From: Oikopleura dioica
Taxonomy: Eukaryota; Animalia; Chordata
NCBI GenBank assembly: GCA_907165135.1
Contig: OU015568.1
Span: 1,736,001-1,800,000 of the forward strand
DNA: 64,000 bases
Direction: 5' to 3'
The position numbers and the translations under genes are program-made. A model generated the notes under the pieces. The model saw only the letters and a list, made by a program, of their open reading frames with translations, made no database searches and had not been told where the DNA came from. Within the stretch, counting starts at the first letter, position 1, and each line of letters begins with the position of its first letter. Shown here one piece after another: positions 57,348-64,000 of this stretch.

Positions 57348-60300
57348 TCAACTCGGAGCGACTGGAGGTAAAACTGGCTTGATGACGAAGCGCTTCAAAT
57401 CTGGTCGGTGAATTTCTTCTAGTCGGGATGCCAGATGCGATCGGGTGTCTGAAAATGGCTTTACGGGAGAGCGGGTTAAGGTGTACCTGTCATAATTGGT
57501 TCGGCGCGTCTCCAGGAACAGATCATTGATCGGATTCTTTCGGGCTTCTCCAGCTTGCTCAGGATTCCCAGTCCACCTCTCTGAAGCTAGAAATAAGGGT
57601 AACAAGATTTATTCGAAAATAACAATCACCCCAAGGGTTTCGCCAAATCTTTTGGTCTCATATTCGCTCAGATGTTTTGCAAGATTTGTCGCCGGATCTG
57701 ACGGTTTTCTTTCTTCAGCTTCGACGACGCTAGAATTTGGTAGGCGTTATTAAATCTCAAGACGGGGATCACCTTAGGCGCCGAATGAGTTTTGGTCTAC
57801 GAAGAGTTATCTTCGGAATCGGAACCTTCGGCAGCGTTACTGGAATTTCCACTAGAACATGATCGAGTTTTTCTAGCAGGCATCTTGATTCGTCGATTTT
57901 TCTAGAGATGACGAAGGTTTTATCAATGAGCGTCGGGGTCGATACACAATCAGTTCCAGAAGCAAGTTTCTCCAGGCCGGATTTCTTCGATGAGACCATC
58001 GCGGTAAATGTCCCGCGGTAAGAGGATGAAGTGTGGTTCCCATATTGATTTGTGTAGGAAAGCTTAAAATTTTTAATTATTGATAAAAAGTTTTGAGGGG
58101 AGGTAAGGGGTCTTGGCTAAATTGTTAGACTCTCTTCTAAGTGGTTTAGGCGTTATTCGTTTATTGTTAATTTCAGTTCGGTCTCAAATATCGTAAATAT
58201 TTATGGCAATTAATAAAACTTCATGTTATGGCTTTTAATCTGAATATTTTCTAGAATTATCTTACCATCATCTGAGCCTGTGAAATCAAATGTCTCTTGT
58301 ATCGAACACAGATCCACTCTCCCGCTTCCTTCGGTCGTTTGATTTGAATATTTCCCTTCACATTGAACCAAATTATCTGCCCCTCTCTGACCATATAATT
58401 CGGGGTCGATTCATCAAAATTATTTTCATATGCTTCTTCTCCGACAGTAAAGTCTTTGATGAAAATGTCTTCTTCATTTTCGTGAAAGACGAAGATTGAT
58501 TGTTCTTCTGGGTTTTCTTTTCGGCGGCAAATTGTCATTTTGATCGGATTCTGGCGCTGGAAAGAGAGGAGTTCTTCGAGGATGTTGAGAATTGCACTAT
58601 CGGGATGCCGACCATCAGTTCTGAAGATTTCAAGTTAGCATTTGCCCAAGGAATAGGAATCTTACGGTAAGATTCTTACCTGATGAGCAAAAGAGATCTG
58701 ATTGGATTCTGAAGCTCTAGCGAAACGAGTCCTCTCTGTCTTTTGCTCTCTCTCAACTTGACATCATGATTGACCGACCAGCTTCCATCCATTTCCTGAA
58801 TCAACAATCTAACCGGCTCATCCAGCCGCGGATCCAGCTGATTCTGACTCGTCGGAGCGATACTTTGTCTTCTGATAGCTTGAGAGTGAAAGCCTGCTCC
58901 TCCAGATTGATATTTTGCCAGTTGATCGGAGAACGGGCAGTTGCAATTGAGAACGTAGCTTTTTCGCAGAGGAAAGTTGTATTTCGGTATTTCCGGGCAA
59001 ATAATAGAACTTGTGCCAACAAGCATCCGGCATAGATTTCCTTCGTATTTGGTTCGGTGGATCAGATCCGCGGAAATGGGAATCACTCTCATGCCAATTG
59101 TCAGCCGGTGGCGGGAAATTTTCGATGGGAACTTTTGTTGAGTTATTGTTATTACTAGAGTCGACCTCTTTAACCCCGGAACGCATGGCCATTTTTGCCA
59201 ATTTCTGACCATTTTTTAACCCAATATTGTCGCGATTTGGGCATAAAGAGAATAAAAATCCGGGTTAATATATTATAACCGGACTCTAAGCTACAAAAAT
59301 ATAACTTGAGCGTGGTCATATTATATGCGTATATCAAATAAAATATGGGTTTTTTGATGAGCAAAATCGTATTACCCAAAAATGGGTCGTATATGCGTTT
59401 CGGCGTTAAATCTAGGTCTCCAGGAAATTTTTCGACAAGCAATCAGAGAGTCCAAGAAAATGTGCTACGCAAATATCCCACCGAGAAATGCTGGTTAGGT
59501 TCTCATGGATAACAGCGCCATTTTTTATGAAAAAGCTTATAAAAGGAGAGATCTTTTTATCAAAATACGGTAAAAAATGAAACTCAAGTGTTAGAAATCA
59601 TTCCATCGATTATTGCGTAATTATTCGGTTAAAATGATTGTATGCCAAGGAAAATAAACAAAACTCATTCCTGAAAATAAATCCTTGAATCAGCCTTCGA
59701 TTTCACCATGCCTCCATGAGTACTGACTTCAAGCCTATCTCGCAGGATACCATAAACGAGAGTGACATATTTGCATCTTCTGGTTGAAATTTTCGCGAAG
59801 TTTTCTTCAAAACCATCAACAAATCTTCCATCAGCTGGAAGATCAATCCAGTGAATGCCATCTCTTGACCCTCGAGCGCGAATATGCCTTTTTCAGCGGT
59901 TAAAAAATTCCTTTTTTCTACATCAAGTCGCTTATATAACGAAAATTTCAATCTCAAATCTTATTGGTCATTTCAAGAACAGACCTAAAATTGACCAAAA
60001 AGAGCGCTTTACTGACATTTTCGTCGCTATAAAAGAACTTTCGTAGCTCAAAAATATAATCTTTTCAACCACCTTCCTTGTATTAGACCTATAGAGAAGT
60101 TCAAACGGAATAAGAACAGAATAGTCTGTATCCGGCTTGAGAAAGGACAGAACCGGAGACAGGGACTCGTCATGATTCGAGAGCGCTTCAAAAATAATTC
60201 TCTCCTTTATCTCATTTATTCGTTTACCTTGCTCGAGTAAGTCGTCTTCGAAGTCAACTTCTGTAAATCTGTTTGGCAAGTTCAATTCAAAAACGCATTT

Positions 60301-63300
60301 CAGCTGGCCAAAGCGGGTCCAAGAAGATTTGTACCCAGCTGGGTCTTTTGGCGGAACGAAGGCTTAAAATTTTTGCTCTAGAAAAGACTGTACAATCGTC
60401 TTACCATCATCGACGGAAATGACTGTAGAAGCATCAGAAGCAGTCGAGTCCTGAGAGCTTACTGAACCTTTTCTAGAGCTCATTCTTGAGCCAGATCTTG
60501 AGCTTTTTACCGACCCTGTTTCTTCCGAAAATGTTGGTCGAGTACTTTCAGCTCGAGACTCTGCTGCGGATCGTTGAGCACTTTCGAGACCATCATCTAG
60601 AGCAGTTCCAACGATGGTGGGGATCACGTGGTCAGGGAGGACTTCGGAAAGGGTTGTTTTGAGAAGTTGTTCTTCTGGAGAAGGAGATTTGGACTCGCGC
60701 AGAGATGAATCGCTGTCAAAAGAAAGGGTTCAAACAAAAAAGATAAAAAAGAAGGCCATCTTTTGATGCTATCAACACAGAAAAAGGGCAGTTCCTTGTT
60801 CAAACAAGTGACAAGTCGATCAAAAACCTTCTTTGTGGACAACGCCCTCTTCTGATTCTAAATTATTTAAGTAGATATTTGACTTCGCAAAATGAAACAA
60901 ATTTAAAATGACTCGAGAGGTATAACATATTTTGATTTGATAAACTCAAAAATGAGAGAGAGTCCTCATCTGCTTAGAATGAATAAAAAGAATGCTTTTA
61001 ATTGAATCCTCTGCCTGAAGAAGAATGAGATGAATAAGAGACTTCCGAGCCCGAATCTCCATCATCCTCCTCTTCTTCATCCTCTTTTTCTATCCTTGAT
61101 TGTCTAGCAGATGCCTCCGCAGATTGAAGCCCTTCATCAAGTGCCTTTTCTTGCAGGTTTTGAATCAGCTGGTCAGAAACATCTCCTAAAATATTTTTGA
61201 AACTTTTGCCATGGCGACGGAATCTGGCTATTTGGCTCCACAAAAGACAGCGTGAAGTGGCACTTTTGACTTTTTAAATGTCAAATTATTTGCTACAACA
61301 TGAAAGTTAAATTCGTCCTATGTTTCGCAGTTACTGTATTTAAATTATCTCGACAAAAAATTTTAATTTCAAGTATTTTTTAGACACCATAAAACTCTGA
61401 TTTTTGAAATAAAAATATGCTTTCTTTAGAATTTCTTCATTGATAGAAAATTATTAGAAATTTAATAATGGCATCTTGATTGACAAGTAAAAATCCACAT
61501 CCAAACAAATAAAGATCCCAAGTGAAAGTAACAGAATTTTGGACATTTGAGAATTGAGTGAGATTAGTTTATCAGCGCTTGGAGATGAAAAGATTTGGGC
61601 ACACGGTCGCTATGTTTATGTTTGACTCAAGTGATCTTTCCTAAGCAATAAATGTCAGTATTTGCAGATAGTAACTGTGTGCTCAGCAAAAATTGATTTT
61701 TACAGTTTTGCTTTTTATAGAAAAGAACTCTTAAAATCGTTCAATGAAAAAATACAAAAGATTAACTGTCCAACTCTAGGACTCTTTTTTCCCTAGAAAA
61801 GGTAAAATTTCCTCTAAAAATTAAATAATTTTTTCATGAAAATTAATTACAAAATTGTCAATTTCAAATTGATCAAAGAAAATTCATATTTTGAAAACAG
61901 TTTCTTACCTTCTTTTTTCATTATCTTTGCTCCTTCGAGTTGTTTCGCTAAAATAAAAAATTAACCGTCTTTTTTTCTTTGAATAAAATCAACCTTCTTC
62001 CACTTCGTCATTCTCTAGCTCTAAAATATTCTCTTCCATGATTTCAAATTTTCAAAAATCAAAAAGTTCTGAGTGCAAAAACAGCGAAAAATATGATGAC
62101 AGAATTGGCTGTCGTGCAGAGCCAAGCCTGTGCAAATATCACAATTCTGTAAATACCCAAAAATTGTCACGATTTTCTCTTTCTAGCGTAAATATGAAGA
62201 GTAACAAATCTCCCCCTCTGATCTCATTCTGACCAGCTACTTACCAACGAGGGAAATCGCCTGTAAAAGTGTTTCGACTACTGTTTTTCAAGGTCAAAAA
62301 TTTATACTGAAATTTATAGTGAAAAGTCATTAAAAAAAATCCAATTTTAGATTTTAAAGAAATTCTCGACATAGTTCCTGTAAGTTTATTTTGAGCCGCT
62401 TGACACATATTACTTTCCCCCTCGCAATTGTCAATCATTCTGTTGATAGCGTCAATTTTCAGCAAATTAAGGTCGCTTGTAAAAGACGGAAGTTCCATCA
62501 GATGATCCCGCAAGATAAGTGCCAGAATTGCCGATAACTCTGAACGAAAATTAAGTCAATAGAGACAGAACCAGAGTTTATTCTCACCCTGTAGCTTTTG
62601 AAACAGAAAACTCGCATCCTTCCCGGCTTCAGAAAGGAAAGGTTGAATTGCTGAAGCGACTTGTTCCTTGAAAAAAAAACGGTTTTAAAGTCGAGTAAGG
62701 AATTCCGGACTCACGGGAAATGGCGCTTCCGGAAGGGGGCTCTCGAGACCGCCGCGCATCGCATCTTCGACGAGCTTCAAAACGACGGGAGTCATCCGCG
62801 GTTGATCTTTTTCGGAATCTAAAGAAAAGTTTTTCTGATGATGACTACGAAAATCTTACAGTTCGATGCTCTCGAGAGAATGCCTTCGTCAAGCGCTTCT
62901 TGGACAATTTTCATGACTTCGGGGGTTATTGGAGGGTAGTAACTTTGGTTGTCAGAAGATTCGACCATTCTTGACTGCGCTCTAGAATTCTCCGCGCTTT
63001 GAAGGCCATTGAGAAGTGCTTGTTGGACTAAATCCGCAGCTTCTTGTTGAAAGTGGTCAAAACTGGAACTGGCGTTTTCCTCTTTTCCGCTTTCTTTTTC
63101 ATCTTTTGCCGCTTCGAAATTGAATGTGACGCGTTTTGTCTCCTCTTCTGCCATTCTAGAGGCAACCCGACTTTGTTCCGCAGATTTCAGCGCATCGATC
63201 AAAATTGGCTTCCCAAGCCGGCTGACATTCCTGCTCACTTCTGCTGATTCCATTCCTAAATGACTTGTAAAACATAATTCAGAGCGGTAAAGACGAACCA

Positions 63301-64000
63301 TTATTGATTGAAGACGTGACAATATCAGAAACCAATGGAGTGATTCGAGGATCAGAAGATCCCAAAGTTTGCTCGGCGGCGATAGGAGACCTAGGAGCGC
63401 TGATACTGTCAGATATTACAGTCGCTTCCGAGTCAGGTGCATTTATTGTGACTTCGGCTTTATCGGGTGCATTACTTGATAATTAATCAAATAAAAAAAC
63501 ATTGTCTACTCCTTGGTAAAAAGATGAAAAAATAATAATCCCTTCCTTCATTAATTCTGCCAGTCGGAAGTTCTGGGCTAGAATTTCCTGAAATAACATC
63601 CGAATCTCCATTTTGACTAGGGTCAACATTGAAAGCTCTTTTGACAAGCTTGACAACTCAAAAAAAAACCGCATATATCTTCATGTTCCAAGATGAATCT
63701 TAAATTTTCTAAAAAGAGTTGTTGAAGCTTTTCCTAGAAACAGCTCTTGAAGCATTGGCTGATAAAAGACCGTCTTCTAGGGCTTCTCCGGCAACAACAG
63801 ATGTCATCATTTCATTTTTCAGAGCGTCGTTTGCCATTCTCGACGCAATTCTAGAGGCTTCTGATGATTCTCCATTATAACCACTCTTTGTTTCATCGTC
63901 CACAAAATCGGTAGAATATACTTCTTCTTTCTCAACAGCGGCCTTTGCCATTCTAGAGGCAATCCTAGAAGCTTCTTTTGACGCATCAATAAGGTCTTCT
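57348..64000 (-). CDS. Large, mostly disordered protein with 8 or more copies of a ~26-aa helical repeat; 5' end outside the window
   Basis: Successive minus-strand exons carry IVxxALxxGLxSAxxSRxxSR-type repeats, then coiled and globular exons. May be more than one gene. Confidence 0.6.
59174..59405. mobile_element. piggyBac-like MITE, 232 bp
   Basis: TTAA at 59170-59173 and 59406-59409; TIRs CCCCGGAACGCAT / ATGCGTTTCGGCG (11 of 13), with a further CCATTTTTG / CAAAAATGG match after a gap. Confidence 0.7.

Noticed and set aside
57348-64000. KNL1/Spc105 identity because of RVTF plus repeats
   Set aside because: No MELT repeats or SILK motif, and the RVxF is internal.

Overview
Compact, AT-rich eukaryotic DNA with about 25 spliced genes, introns mostly 35-120 nt and several GA-AG or GC-AG introns. 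This style points to the larvacean tunicate Oikopleura dioica or a close relative (inference, not a database result). Recognisable genes: ammonium transporter, LPCAT, a carbonyl-reductase-like SDR, a GT10 fucosyltransferase hosting an intron-containing tRNA-Tyr, SLC23, a K2P channel, a G8/beta-helix protein, a DOMON protein, a GH16 glucanase, a calmodulin-like protein, an astacin plus a deleted duplicate, an Hv-like voltage-sensor protein, a B4GALNT-like transferase, a TauD/SyrP-like dioxygenase, a ZP protein, an EGF-repeat protein and a large repeat protein running off the right edge. Six short DNA-transposon derivatives have TIRs and TSDs readable in the sequence. Best leads: (1) an animal GH16 with a plant/fungal-type X8 (CBM43)-like tail and a G8/beta-helix protein with two Cys-rich tail modules, among other extracellular glycan-related genes; (2) a MITE inside the SDR exon and another forming almost a whole intron, possibly intron birth in progress; (3) K2P and Hv-like channels with altered signature residues; (4) a scaffold with 8 or more AKAP-like helix repeats. 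Gene models were spliced by eye, so terminal coordinates are approximate.
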